A stretch of 13,348 nucleotides of DNA, taken from positions 1-13,348 of the forward strand of contig CBDUQR010000059.1 in NCBI GenBank assembly GCA_965369655.1, read 5' to 3'. A program made the translations under genes and the position numbers. Positions 1-7,979 of this stretch are shown piece after piece; the first letter of the stretch is position 1, and each line of letters opens with the position of its first letter. Below the pieces are notes generated by a model that did not search any database, was not told where the DNA came from, and saw nothing but the letters and a program-made list of their open reading frames with translations. This DNA comes from an uncultured bacterium. GTDB lineage: Bacteria > Zixibacteria > MSB-5A5 > JAABVY01 > JAHJOQ01.

Positions 1-77
1 TCCCACGGGATCCCGGAGGGAGAAGATCGGGGTCAATGACGGGATCGGCGACCGATGACCTGCCGGTCTGCCAGCGA

Positions 78-283
78 TGCGTCAGGTCACACTCGCGCTC
101 CGCGCGATCAAGACCCGACGCAACAATGAATATCTCCAGTAGGTCGGTGTTCCGTAGCAGGCAAAGCCTGCAAGAAACCCGACTCCCGTGCAACAAGATA
201 GAAGTGTCGCGTTTCTCACCTGATTACATCAGGTTCGGAACACGACCTACTTCTTGGGCAACCTCAGGGCGGCAAGCGCCTAC
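78..283. repeat. Cluster of REP-like palindromic elements (one CGTC-tagged, an inverted GTAG-tagged pair, one short GTAG remnant)
   Basis: 78-122: outer arms tgcgtcaggtc / gacccgacgca around the inner hairpin tcgcgc-tcc-gcgcga. 139-183 (+): GTAGgtcggtgttccg..gcaggc-aaa-gcctgc..agaaacccgac. 206-250 (-): reverse complement reads GTAGgtcgtgttccg..acctgat-gta-atcaggt..agaaacgcgac. 263-283 (-): GTAggcg-cttgc-cgcc. Confidence 0.75.
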
Positions 284-299
284 GAACAGATGCGTTTCT

Positions 300-749
300 C
301 TATATCGATGCAGTTGGTATTTTCAGGGGGTCGTCGATTGCGATCTGCTCGGTGATTATGTACGGTTCAGCATAGTGCTTTCGTATCTGCATCCCGTACG
401 TCCGGTCGCGGGTTCTGACATACTCGAACACATCGATGCCCTCAATTTCCTTGTTTGAAGGTATCAGGAAATTTTTCAATGATGATGTCAAGTCGCGCTG
501 GGACTTTTTTACCCTGAGCCGAATGTCGTGTTCGTCATCGCCGTCCTTGAATCGCGAGATGACTTCGCCCTCAACAAGCAACCTGACCGCCGACCCGATC
601 TGCATCATGCTCAGGCCGAGATCGGCAACTTTATCACGGTCAACATTGATTCTCAGTTCCGGAACCCCTTTAGAGAGCGTGTTGTCGATGTCGACAGTTC
701 CGGGAGTCGATCCAACAACATCCTGTAGCCGCTCGGCGAAGTGCGCCAT
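300..749 (-). pseudogene. Internal fragment of an AcrB/AcrD/AcrF-family RND efflux permease, with a tail that may be unrelated
   Basis: The first ~105 aa (PGTVDIDNTLSKGVPELRINVDRDKVADLGLSMMQIGSAVRLLVEGEVISRFKDGDDEHDIRLRV) resemble the periplasmic docking region of RND permeases, which are normally ~1000 aa. There is an in-frame stop a few codons upstream of the ATG and no transmembrane segment. I do not recognise the last ~40 aa. Confidence 0.7.
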
Positions 750-855
750 GTGTCGCCCCGCCGCAGATACATGTTATGCAAACAATCGCTGTAATCAGAA
801 CGGGCAGGGGAGAAAGCTGAAATTCAGGTATGACTACTCGAAATCTAAGGGTAAC

Positions 856-1827
856 CTATATCCATTTGCGTTTTCTGAAGAACAGCAGCAGTCCGGCCAC
901 GATGACGATGATGATGACCCAGATGAACACGAAGCCGTATTCCCAGTCGAGTCCCGGCATGTGGTTGAAATTCATGCCGTAGAGCCCGGCAATGAATGAC
1001 GGCGGCAGGAGAAGGGCAGTGAATATCGTCAGGAACTTCATGATCTTGTTAGTGCGGCTCGAAATGTTGGAGTAATAGACTTCGAGCGATGAGTTCAGAG
1101 CGTCACGGTGCTCGTCAGCCTCGTCAGAGATGCGCGCGAGGTGATCATGAATGTCGGAAAAGTAGATTGCCGTGCGTTCGCCTATCAGGGAGAATTTCGC
1201 TCTCATGAAATGTGCGACCACCTCTTTGAGTGGTGCGATAATTCTTTTCACCTGCAGGACATCGCGTCGGATAGTGAATATGCGCTTGACGATTTCAGGG
1301 TCCGGGTCCTCGAATATCTCGTCCTCGATCTTGTCGGTCTCCTGCTCGATTACCCGCAGAGTATCGTAGTATGAGTCGGCGAGATGATCCATGAGTGTGT
1401 GGAAGAAGAAATCTGCGCCGCGCGAGATGAACCGCTCATCCCTGTGAAGGCGTTGAAATACCGTGTCAATAACCTTTAGCGGCTGGAAATGGACAGTAAT
1501 CACACAGTTCTTAGTCAGGAACAGGCCGATTTCCTTGAAGGGGAGCTCGTCCTCTCCGCCCGGACGTCCGCTGGCAACGACAAATACAACGAAGATATAA
1601 TCTTCATAGTCGTCAACTTTCGGACGGGACATCTCAGTCAGTACGTCCTCGATTGAGAGCGGGTGAAACTTGAAGTCGTGTGTCAGGATGTACGATTCCT
1701 CGTCAGTCGGCTGCGACATATCCACCCAGACGACATGATCCGGTCTGGATAACAGCTCGGCGAAATCGAGCATCCCTTCGACTTCACGACCGCCCTCGTC
1801 GGGGCTCCAGATGAATGAACTAATCAT
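856..1827 (-). CDS. corA: Magnesium/cobalt transporter CorA
   Basis: 323 aa with WVD..P, FHPLSIED and RPKVDDYEDY in the soluble domain. Two C-terminal TM helices carry the GMN signature (AGLYGMNF), followed by MPGLDW and the basic tail FRKRKWI. Confidence 0.96.
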   Translation of the reverse strand: MISSFIWSPDEGGREVEGMLDFAELLSRPDHVVWVDMSQPTDEESYILTHDFKFHPLSIEDVLTEMSRPKVDDYEDYIFVVFVVASGRPGGEDELPFKEIGLFLTKNCVITVHFQPLKVIDTVFQRLHRDERFISRGADFFFHTLMDHLADSYYDTLRVIEQETDKIEDEIFEDPDPEIVKRIFTIRRDVLQVKRIIAPLKEVVAHFMRAKFSLIGERTAIYFSDIHDHLARISDEADEHRDALNSSLEVYYSNISSRTNKIMKFLTIFTALLLPPSFIAGLYGMNFNHMPGLDWEYGFVFIWVIIIVIVAGLLLFFRKRKWI

Positions 1828-1873
1828 ATCAATACCTTCGCATAGTCCGATGTTGCCGGAAAAACACTCAACT

Positions 1874-1901
1874 AATATATAAGTTCGCGGGATTTAGGCA
1901 A
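1874..1901 (-). promoter_or_regulatory. Putative sigma70-type promoter for corA
   Basis: Minus strand reads TTGCCT-N16-TATATT about 47 nt upstream of the corA ATG. Confidence 0.35.
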
Positions 1902-1942
1902 ACGGTAAAAAAGAGACGCCTGCCGCTCGCGACAAGCTTTCA

Positions 1943-1970
1943 TTGACAATTCGCCCGATTCTGCTATATT
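1943..1970 (+). promoter_or_regulatory. Putative sigma70-type promoter for the 2013/2156 genes
   Basis: Perfect TTGACA (1943-1948), 16-nt spacer, TATATT (1965-1970) with an extended -10 TG at 1962-1963. Confidence 0.6.
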
Positions 1971-2012
1971 GATCCCGTACCGATTGGTCCAACATATCAG
2001 TGGGAGTGAATC

Positions 2013-2159
2013 ATGAGAAAGATCATACTTATCTCATTAGCGATACTGTGGCCGGTCGTATGTCTTGCCACAACTATCCACGTGCCATCCGAACAACCGA
2101 CGATTCAGGCAGGGATTGGTACTGGCAGTAAACTTTGTAGCGTTTGGAGTGGGTCATGA
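2013..2159 (+). pseudogene. 48-aa N-terminal stub of a secreted protein (signal peptide plus TIHVPSEQPTIQAGI motif)
   Basis: Not in the ORF track. GGAG at 2003-2006, then [48 protein letters not shown]. 'I.VP...PTIQAGI' is the usual start of pectin-lyase-like right-handed beta-helix secreted proteins. Its stop overlaps the next ATG (ATGA, 2156-2159). Confidence 0.6.
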
Positions 2160-5146
2160 GATTTTCACACATCATACTGTTGGTCGGTATTGCAGCGGGT
2201 TCTGCTGGAACAATAATTGCAGACGTACCCACTGTTGTTTCGACAACACCATCCCAGAATGCTCTTGGGGTTCAGACTGATATTAATGTTTCAGTTACCT
2301 TCAGCACTTCTATCGATGAATCTTCTCTTAATGATTCATCCCTTATCCTTTATTCTAGTAGCTTTGGATTTCTTGAAGCACTTATCAGCTATGACAGTAT
2401 TTCGCAGACTGCGACAATTGATCCACTAGAAGTCCTTTTTGAAGGAGATAAAATCACTGCCATAGTCTCTAATCGGATAAGATCAGTGAGTGGAGATTCT
2501 ATTGAGAATGGTTTTGTATGGAAATTCACTGTAGCATCCATAGGTAACGAACAAGGGCTTGCATTTGACTCATCCTATCAAGTCGGTCTAGAAGCTTCGT
2601 CAATTACATCGGCAGATTTGGATGGTGACGGATACCTGGACTTGGCTGTAACGAATTGGAGTAGTGCAAGTATTTCAGTTCTCATTAACAATGGCGACGG
2701 ATCATTCTTGCCAAATGTTGACTATCCTGTGGGTGCCCTGCCAATCTCTGTCTGTGCAGCAGATTTCAATCATGATGGTTTTATCGATTTGGCCAATGCA
2801 AATCATAGTTATCAAAATGTGTCAGTTCTCATCAACAATGGTGACGGTACTTTTGTCGGGCATAATACTTACAGTACACGTGCAAGGCCATATTCCCTGG
2901 CTACATCTGATCTGGATGGTGATGGCGATTTCGATCTTGCAGTAGCCACGTCATACGGAACACACCACGCTTCTGTTCTCAAGAACAACGGGGATGGGAC
3001 ATTCGGCGCTTTTGTGAATTACACTTTTGGAACTGGTAATTATTCAACGTGCTATGTTGATGTATCTGATATTGATAATGACGGAGCTGTTGACATGGCT
3101 ATTATTGATTTCGCCGACGATTTAATCTACGTCTACAGTAATAGTGGCACTGGAGCATACACTCCATCTGCTTCTTATGCTACTGGCTGTAACCCAGCGG
3201 AACTTGTTTTTTCAGATGTCAATGGTGACGGGTATTCTGATATTGTTAATGCCAATACTGATCATTACCATTACTGCATGAATCCTTCCATATCAGTGCT
3301 GCTGAATCTCAATGACGGGACATTCCAAAGTGCTATCTACTATGAAGCAGGTGATTATCCCTGTGCAGTTACTGCAGCCGATCTTAACGGTGATAGCTAT
3401 CCTGAACTAATAGGAGTAAACGGCTTATACCACGAGATCGCATTGTTAGTAAATCAAACAGATGGGAGTTTCGGTCAAGGCACTTCCCAGTTCATTGATG
3501 GAGTAGCAGGCTATATTTGTTCTTCTGACCTTGACAACGATGGTGATATAGACATTGCAGTGGCTGGTGGGGCGTCTGGCCAAGTTACGGTACTTCTAAA
3601 TGGTGGAACTTGTGTTGATACTGATGACGATGGCTACGGTGATCCCGGTCACCCTGAAAACGATTGTGAAGAAGACAACTGCCCGAATTTCTACAACCCA
3701 AATCAAGAGGATTACGACTCTGACTCTGTGGGTGATTCTTGCGACAATTGTCTATCCTATTTCAACCCGCTCCAGGAGGATGCTGACTCCGATTTCGTTG
3801 GGGACTCTTGCGATAATTGTTTGGCACAATTCAATCCAGATCAGGATGATGATGATGGTGATACCGTCGGCGATTCCTGTGACAATTGCATAGCTCACTT
3901 CAATCCTGATCAAGAAGATAATGACGGTGATACTATCGGTGATAGTTGTGATAATTGCCTGACTCACATCAATCCACTCCAAGAAGATTCAGACGGAGAT
4001 GCACTCGGTGATAGTTGTGATAATTGCATGGTAACAATTAATCCATTGCAGGAAGATGATGACGGTGATACTATCGGTGATAGTTGTGACAATTGCATAG
4101 CTCACTTCAATCCTGATCAAGAAGATAATGACGGTGATACTATTGGTGACAGTTGCGACAATTGCCTGACTCACATCAATCCACTCCAAGAAGACTCAGA
4201 CGGAGATGCACTCGGTGATAGTTGTGATAATTGCATGGTAACAACTAATCCATTGCAGGAAGATAGCGACTTGGATGCAGTCGGAGATTCATGCGACAAC
4301 TGCGTTGCTGTTTTCAACCCTTCACAGGAGGACTTTGATTCTGATGGTGTTGGAGATTCTTGCGATGTATGTCCACAGCATGCTTTGGACGATTGCTGCA
4401 ATCCAACCGAAAGCAATGAGCCGCCATTTGTTACTTCTGTTTCAGAGATTTCAGTGCAACCTGGTGATACGTTTAATTACTCGGCTACGGCTACCGATCC
4501 GAACTGTGATGGAACAGAACTTGTATTCAGCTACGCTGATTGTCCATCATGGTGTATAGTTAATGGAAGCAGTATCTCAGGAACACCTGAATGCGAAAGT
4601 GTCGATACATCCTTCGAGGTTATTGCATCCGATGGAGATTTATCTGACACTCTGGAAGTTTTCATAATTCTTGATTACTCAAATCAAATTCCTACAATCC
4701 TCGATTCTATGAGTGCTGTTTATGCAAGAAGTCAGACTATGTTCGCCTACTATCCTTCAATTCTTGATCCAGACGATATGTTGCACACAATTGCTTTTCC
4801 AACATATCCGCATTGGTGCGAAATAAGAAATGATTCTGTTATCGGCGCTGTTCCCGATACACTATTCATCGAGTTGTTGACTGTCACAGCCTCAGATTAC
4901 TGTAATGCAGATACTGCATCTTTCCTGGTCAAGGTATTCTTTTGTGGAGATGTGAATGGAATCGGCGGAGTTGACATTGATGATGTTGTTTTCTTGATCA
5001 ACTACATATTCGCAAGTGGACCAGCACCGGCACCGCTTGAATCGGGTGATGCCGATTGTTCAGGCAATGTAGACATAGATGACGTAGTATACCTGATCCA
5101 ATACATCTTCGCAGGCGGACCAGAGCCTTGTGAGGCTTGTTCGTAG
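2156..5146 (+). CDS. Secreted multidomain repeat protein: signal peptide, Ig-like (Big_5-type) domain, 7 FG-GAP/VCBS repeats, 10 thrombospondin type-3 repeats, two probable Ig/cadherin-like domains, C-terminal dockerin-like domain
   Basis: ATG 2156 follows GGAG (2146-2149) and opens a signal peptide ([18 protein letters not shown]), so it is preferred over TTG 2144. Motifs: [14 protein letters not shown] (Big_5-like); seven DxD/NxDGxxD-type repeats; CDNC..NPxQEDxDxDxxGDS units; a duplicated GDxxxxGxVDIDDVVxLIxYIF. Confidence 0.9.
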   Translation: MRFSHIILLVGIAAGSAGTIIADVPTVVSTTPSQNALGVQTDINVSVTFSTSIDESSLNDSSLILYSSSFGFLEALISYDSISQTATIDPLEVLFEGDKITAIVSNRIRSVSGDSIENGFVWKFTVASIGNEQGLAFDSSYQVGLEASSITSADLDGDGYLDLAVTNWSSASISVLINNGDGSFLPNVDYPVGALPISVCAADFNHDGFIDLANANHSYQNVSVLINNGDGTFVGHNTYSTRARPYSLATSDLDGDGDFDLAVATSYGTHHASVLKNNGDGTFGAFVNYTFGTGNYSTCYVDVSDIDNDGAVDMAIIDFADDLIYVYSNSGTGAYTPSASYATGCNPAELVFSDVNGDGYSDIVNANTDHYHYCMNPSISVLLNLNDGTFQSAIYYEAGDYPCAVTAADLNGDSYPELIGVNGLYHEIALLVNQTDGSFGQGTSQFIDGVAGYICSSDLDNDGDIDIAVAGGASGQVTVLLNGGTCVDTDDDGYGDPGHPENDCEEDNCPNFYNPNQEDYDSDSVGDSCDNCLSYFNPLQEDADSDFVGDSCDNCLAQFNPDQDDDDGDTVGDSCDNCIAHFNPDQEDNDGDTIGDSCDNCLTHINPLQEDSDGDALGDSCDNCMVTINPLQEDDDGDTIGDSCDNCIAHFNPDQEDNDGDTIGDSCDNCLTHINPLQEDSDGDALGDSCDNCMVTTNPLQEDSDLDAVGDSCDNCVAVFNPSQEDFDSDGVGDSCDVCPQHALDDCCNPTESNEPPFVTSVSEISVQPGDTFNYSATATDPNCDGTELVFSYADCPSWCIVNGSSISGTPECESVDTSFEVIASDGDLSDTLEVFIILDYSNQIPTILDSMSAVYARSQTMFAYYPSILDPDDMLHTIAFPTYPHWCEIRNDSVIGAVPDTLFIELLTVTASDYCNADTASFLVKVFFCGDVNGIGGVDIDDVVFLINYIFASGPAPAPLESGDADCSGNVDIDDVVYLIQYIFAGGPEPCEACS
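3671..4360 (+). repeat. Coding tandem array of ten 69-bp (23-aa) thrombospondin type-3 units, including a recent 207-bp-period duplication
   Basis: 3878-4057 and 4085-4264 are identical at 174/180 positions by manual alignment. Confidence 0.9.
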
Positions 5147-5341
5147 GAAGATGGATTCCGGTCAGATCCTGAGCACAGCGAAGGACCTTCGCCGGAATGA
5201 CAAGCGGGACACCGTCATTGCGAGCGGAACGTGGCAATCTCACGAAGATGGACCCCGGTTTGATCCTGAGCTTTGTGAAGTGTTTTCACCGGGGTGACAG
5301 GGCTGAGATCACCACGTCGCTGTCGCTCCTCGTGATGACGG
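5147..5341. repeat. Mosaic of GTCA/CGTC-tagged palindromic (REP/RPE-like) elements
   Basis: Two 56-bp direct copies (5147-5202, 5244-5299: gaagatggaYYccggt..gatcctgagc..ccggRRtgaca) alternate with an inverted pair (5212-5241 ccgtcattgcgagcggaacgtggcaatctc; 5305-5341, reverse complement ccgtcatcacgaggagcgacagcgacgtggtgatctc). Confidence 0.85.
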
Positions 5342-5509
5342 GAGCCACACTTTTGCGGAGATCGCTTGACCTACTGCCCTGGGAATCCCGGACGAGATAG
5401 AGCAACCGGCGCCGATGAAGAAAACGAACTTTGAATCGGAGAAATTATCTGCTTTGTCTTTCAGTTTTCTGACGAACTCACCAACTGGAAGTTGTGTCAA
5501 CTCTGCCAT
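5309..5509 (-). pseudogene. Truncated SIR2-like (SIR2_2-type) NAD-binding protein, N-terminal stub
   Basis: FVFFIGAGCSISSGIP matches the sirtuin/SIR2-like GAGxSxxxGIP NAD-binding loop. The frame runs into the palindrome at 5341 and stops after 66 aa. A purine-rich RBS-like tract (gaaagggg) lies upstream. Confidence 0.75.
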
Positions 5510-5541
5510 CTACGTAACCCCTTTCAAAAAAATCTGTATCC

Positions 5542-5570
5542 AATATACATAAATGCCTTGCACACCGCAA
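5542..5570 (-). promoter_or_regulatory. Putative promoter of the SIR2-like stub
   Basis: Minus strand TTGCGG-N17-TATATT, about 33 nt upstream of the ATG at 5509. Confidence 0.4.
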
Positions 5571-5589
5571 GTTCAGAGTGCGATAGCGC

Positions 5590-5618
5590 TTGACATTCCC
5601 CTGTGGAATTGATAATAT
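5590..5618 (+). promoter_or_regulatory. Putative sigma70-type promoter of the HMG-CoA operon
   Basis: TTGACA (5590-5595), N17, TAATAT (5613-5618), with an extended -10 TG at 5610-5611. Confidence 0.65.
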
Positions 5619-5761
5619 ATTTTTTCTATATGGTGCACACTCGCTTAGCGGGGTCTTCAAGTTGCAAGCGCTCGCGGAGGAAGTCGTTACTAACATTGTC
5701 TGCTCCATTATCATACAGGTTTCGGAATCAAATACTTATCACATCAAGTGAGGTTTGACAT

Positions 5762-6808
5762 ATGGAAGGAATAGTGGGCTATGGCGCCAAGGTTCCCAGA
5801 CATCGAATCAAGGTCGAGGAGATCGCCAAGGTCTGGGGAGCAGATGCGCCGTCCTATAAGAGAGGACTCGAACTGACCGAAAAGTCCGTGCCTGCCCCCG
5901 ATGTCGATTGCATCACGCTGTCGGTCGAGGCTGCGAAATATGCGATAACACGCGCGGGAATCGACGCCGTCGATATCGGTTCGGTCTACGTCGGATCAGA
6001 ATCGCATCCGTATGCAGTGAAACCATCCGGTACCGTGCTCGCAGAAGCAATCGGTGCTGTCAATGACTGCCACTGCGCCGACTACGAATTCGCATGTAAG
6101 GCTGGCTCAGAGGCGATGTTCGTTTGTCTCGGTCTGGTCAAGTCTGGTTATATCAAGTATGGCCTGGCTGTCGGTGCGGATACGAGTCAGGGTGCACCGG
6201 GCGACGCGCTCGAATATTCTGCTGCGGCAGGAGCGGCGGCGTTTGTGATGGGCACCGAAAACGTGCTTGCCGAATGTCACCACACTCATTCGTTCATGTC
6301 TGACACGCCCGATTTCTGGCGCAGAGAGCATGAGCATTATCCACAGCATGGCGGAAGATTCACCGGCGAACCTGCATACTTCAGGACGATCACCGGCGCA
6401 TCGAAGGCGATTCTCGAAAAATCAGGTATGAAACCGTCAGATTTTCAGTACGCCGTATTCCATCAGCCGAACGGCAAATTTCCGCTGCGTGTCGGCAAAA
6501 GGCTCGGTTTCACGAAGGAACAGATCGACACGGGACGGCTGGTGCCGTATCTCGGCAATACATATTCAGGATCATCGCCGATGGGACTGACCGCGATTCT
6601 CGATGTCGCGAAACCGGGTGATATGATCTTCATGTGCTCGTATGGTTCCGGAGCCGGAGCCGATGCGTTCATCTGGAAAGTTACTGATCGTATCAACGAG
6701 GTGCGCGACATGGCTCCGAAGACTCGCGTGCAACTCGATGAGCACAAGGTCTACATCGACTACGGAACGTACGCTAAGTTCCGTAAGAAAATCCTGAAGA
6801 ACAAGTGA
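5762..6808 (+). CDS. mvaS: Hydroxymethylglutaryl-CoA synthase, archaeal type
   Basis: 348 aa. Motifs GIVGYGAxVP, [12 protein letters not shown] (Glu80), EFACKAG (Cys112), [28 protein letters not shown] (His234), GNTYSG and SYGSGAG, so the catalytic triad is intact. GAGG RBS upstream. Confidence 0.93.
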   Translation: MEGIVGYGAKVPRHRIKVEEIAKVWGADAPSYKRGLELTEKSVPAPDVDCITLSVEAAKYAITRAGIDAVDIGSVYVGSESHPYAVKPSGTVLAEAIGAVNDCHCADYEFACKAGSEAMFVCLGLVKSGYIKYGLAVGADTSQGAPGDALEYSAAAGAAAFVMGTENVLAECHHTHSFMSDTPDFWRREHEHYPQHGGRFTGEPAYFRTITGASKAILEKSGMKPSDFQYAVFHQPNGKFPLRVGKRLGFTKEQIDTGRLVPYLGNTYSGSSPMGLTAILDVAKPGDMIFMCSYGSGAGADAFIWKVTDRINEVRDMAPKTRVQLDEHKVYIDYGTYAKFRKKILKNK

Positions 6809-6821
6809 TGAGGTAAAGAAT

Positions 6822-7979
6822 ATGAGAGAAGTTGCCATAATAGGCGTCGGCATGAATCAGTGGGGAGAGCTGTGGGATAAGTCTCTCCGCGATGTCTATG
6901 TTGAGTCTGCGCTCGAGGCGATCAAAGATGCAGGCGTCGATACAGTCGACGGGATGTATGTCGGCGCAATGGCGCCGGGCCTGTTTGTAGGTCAGGAGCA
7001 TCTCGGATCGTTGCTCGCGGATTATCTCGGCATTAAGAATCTGCCCTGCGCGCGGGTCGAATCGGCGTGCGCATCCGGAGGCGTTGCGATTAAGTCTGCG
7101 TTTCTGGAGATTGCATCGGGGCATTCGGATATCGTGATTGCCGGCGGCGTTGAGAAGATGACTGACTGCTCCGGCGATGACGCTACGTACGCACTGGCTA
7201 CCGCCGCAGATCAGGAATACGAAGTGTTTCATGGCGCGACATTCCCCGGTCTGTATGCGATGATGGCACGTCGCCACATGCATGAGTTCGGGACAACGCA
7301 GGAACAACTCGCGCATGTCGCAGTCAAGAATCACAAGAACGGCGCGAAGAATCCGAAAGCTCAGTATCCGTTCGAGGTCACGCTCGATGGCGTCATGAAT
7401 TCGGTCATGATCGCCGACCCGTTGCACATACTCGATTGCTCGCCGATCACCGATGGCGCGGCGTGCGTGGTGATGGCTGATCTCGAAACTGCGAAAAGAA
7501 TCTGCAAGAAGCCGATTGTGAAAGTGCTCGGTTTCGGTCATGCAACAGATGCGATTGCTCTGCATTCGCGCAAGTCGCTGACGCAGCTCGACGCCACGAT
7601 TGTGGCAGCCGAGCGCGCATACAAGATGACAGGAAAGAAGCCTGAAGATATCGATTTTGCTGAGGTGCACGACTGTTTCACGATTGCTGAGATAATAGTT
7701 ATCGAGGACCTCGGGTTTTTCGAGAAGGGCAAAGGTGGCACTGGCGCAGAGTCGGGCGAGACGTACATCGGTGGCAGGATTCCAATCAATCCTTCCGGTG
7801 GACTAAAATCAAAAGGCCATCCGGTCGGTGCAACGGGCGTCGCACAGGCTATTGAAGTGACAACGCAACTTCGCGGTGATTCCGGTGATCGGCAGATCGA
7901 AGGTGCGAAAGTTGGTCTGGCTCAAAATATGGGCGGTTCGGGCGGCTCGGCCGTCGTTCACATTATGGAGGTACTCTGA
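6822..7979 (+). CDS. Acetyl-CoA acetyltransferase (thiolase), archaeal/SCP2-thiolase type
   Basis: 385 aa with VESACASG (Cys83), [38 protein letters not shown] and NMGGSG. GAGG RBS upstream. Confidence 0.93.
   Translation: MREVAIIGVGMNQWGELWDKSLRDVYVESALEAIKDAGVDTVDGMYVGAMAPGLFVGQEHLGSLLADYLGIKNLPCARVESACASGGVAIKSAFLEIASGHSDIVIAGGVEKMTDCSGDDATYALATAADQEYEVFHGATFPGLYAMMARRHMHEFGTTQEQLAHVAVKNHKNGAKNPKAQYPFEVTLDGVMNSVMIADPLHILDCSPITDGAACVVMADLETAKRICKKPIVKVLGFGHATDAIALHSRKSLTQLDATIVAAERAYKMTGKKPEDIDFAEVHDCFTIAEIIVIEDLGFFEKGKGGTGAESGETYIGGRIPINPSGGLKSKGHPVGATGVAQAIEVTTQLRGDSGDRQIEGAKVGLAQNMGGSGGSAVVHIMEVL

Noticed and set aside
36-458. 140-aa plus-strand ORF
   Set aside because: It runs through the palindrome cluster and antisense to the RND fragment, is Arg/Ser-rich and has no motif.
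945-980. CorA loop reads MPGL instead of the common MPEL
   Set aside because: The GMN signature is intact and this loop varies among CorA homologues, so altered specificity cannot be claimed.
2144-2155. TTG start at 2144 for the large protein (and TTG 12312 for the biotin carrier)
   Set aside because: The downstream ATG at 2156 has an RBS and gives a clean signal peptide. The ATG at 12330 avoids overlap with the biotin carboxylase gene.
3671-4360. CRISPR array or DGR template/variable repeat pair
   Set aside because: The repeats are in-frame 69-bp coding units without unique spacers. Differences between copies are mostly synonymous, and there is no cas or reverse transcriptase gene in the window.
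4998-5400. Short ORFs 4998-5243 (-) and 5197-5400 (+)
   Set aside because: They are translations of the palindromic repeat mosaic.
6774-7670. 298-aa minus-strand ORF and other long antisense ORFs (e.g. 436-999, 8412-8882, 9261-9779, 10697-11137)
   Set aside because: They are shadows of well-supported genes on the opposite strand and have no recognisable motifs.
5762-7979. HMGCS/thiolase running backwards as a substitute for HMG-CoA lyase in leucine catabolism
   Set aside because: The HMGCS reaction includes thioester hydrolysis and is regarded as effectively irreversible. Nothing in the sequence supports reversal.
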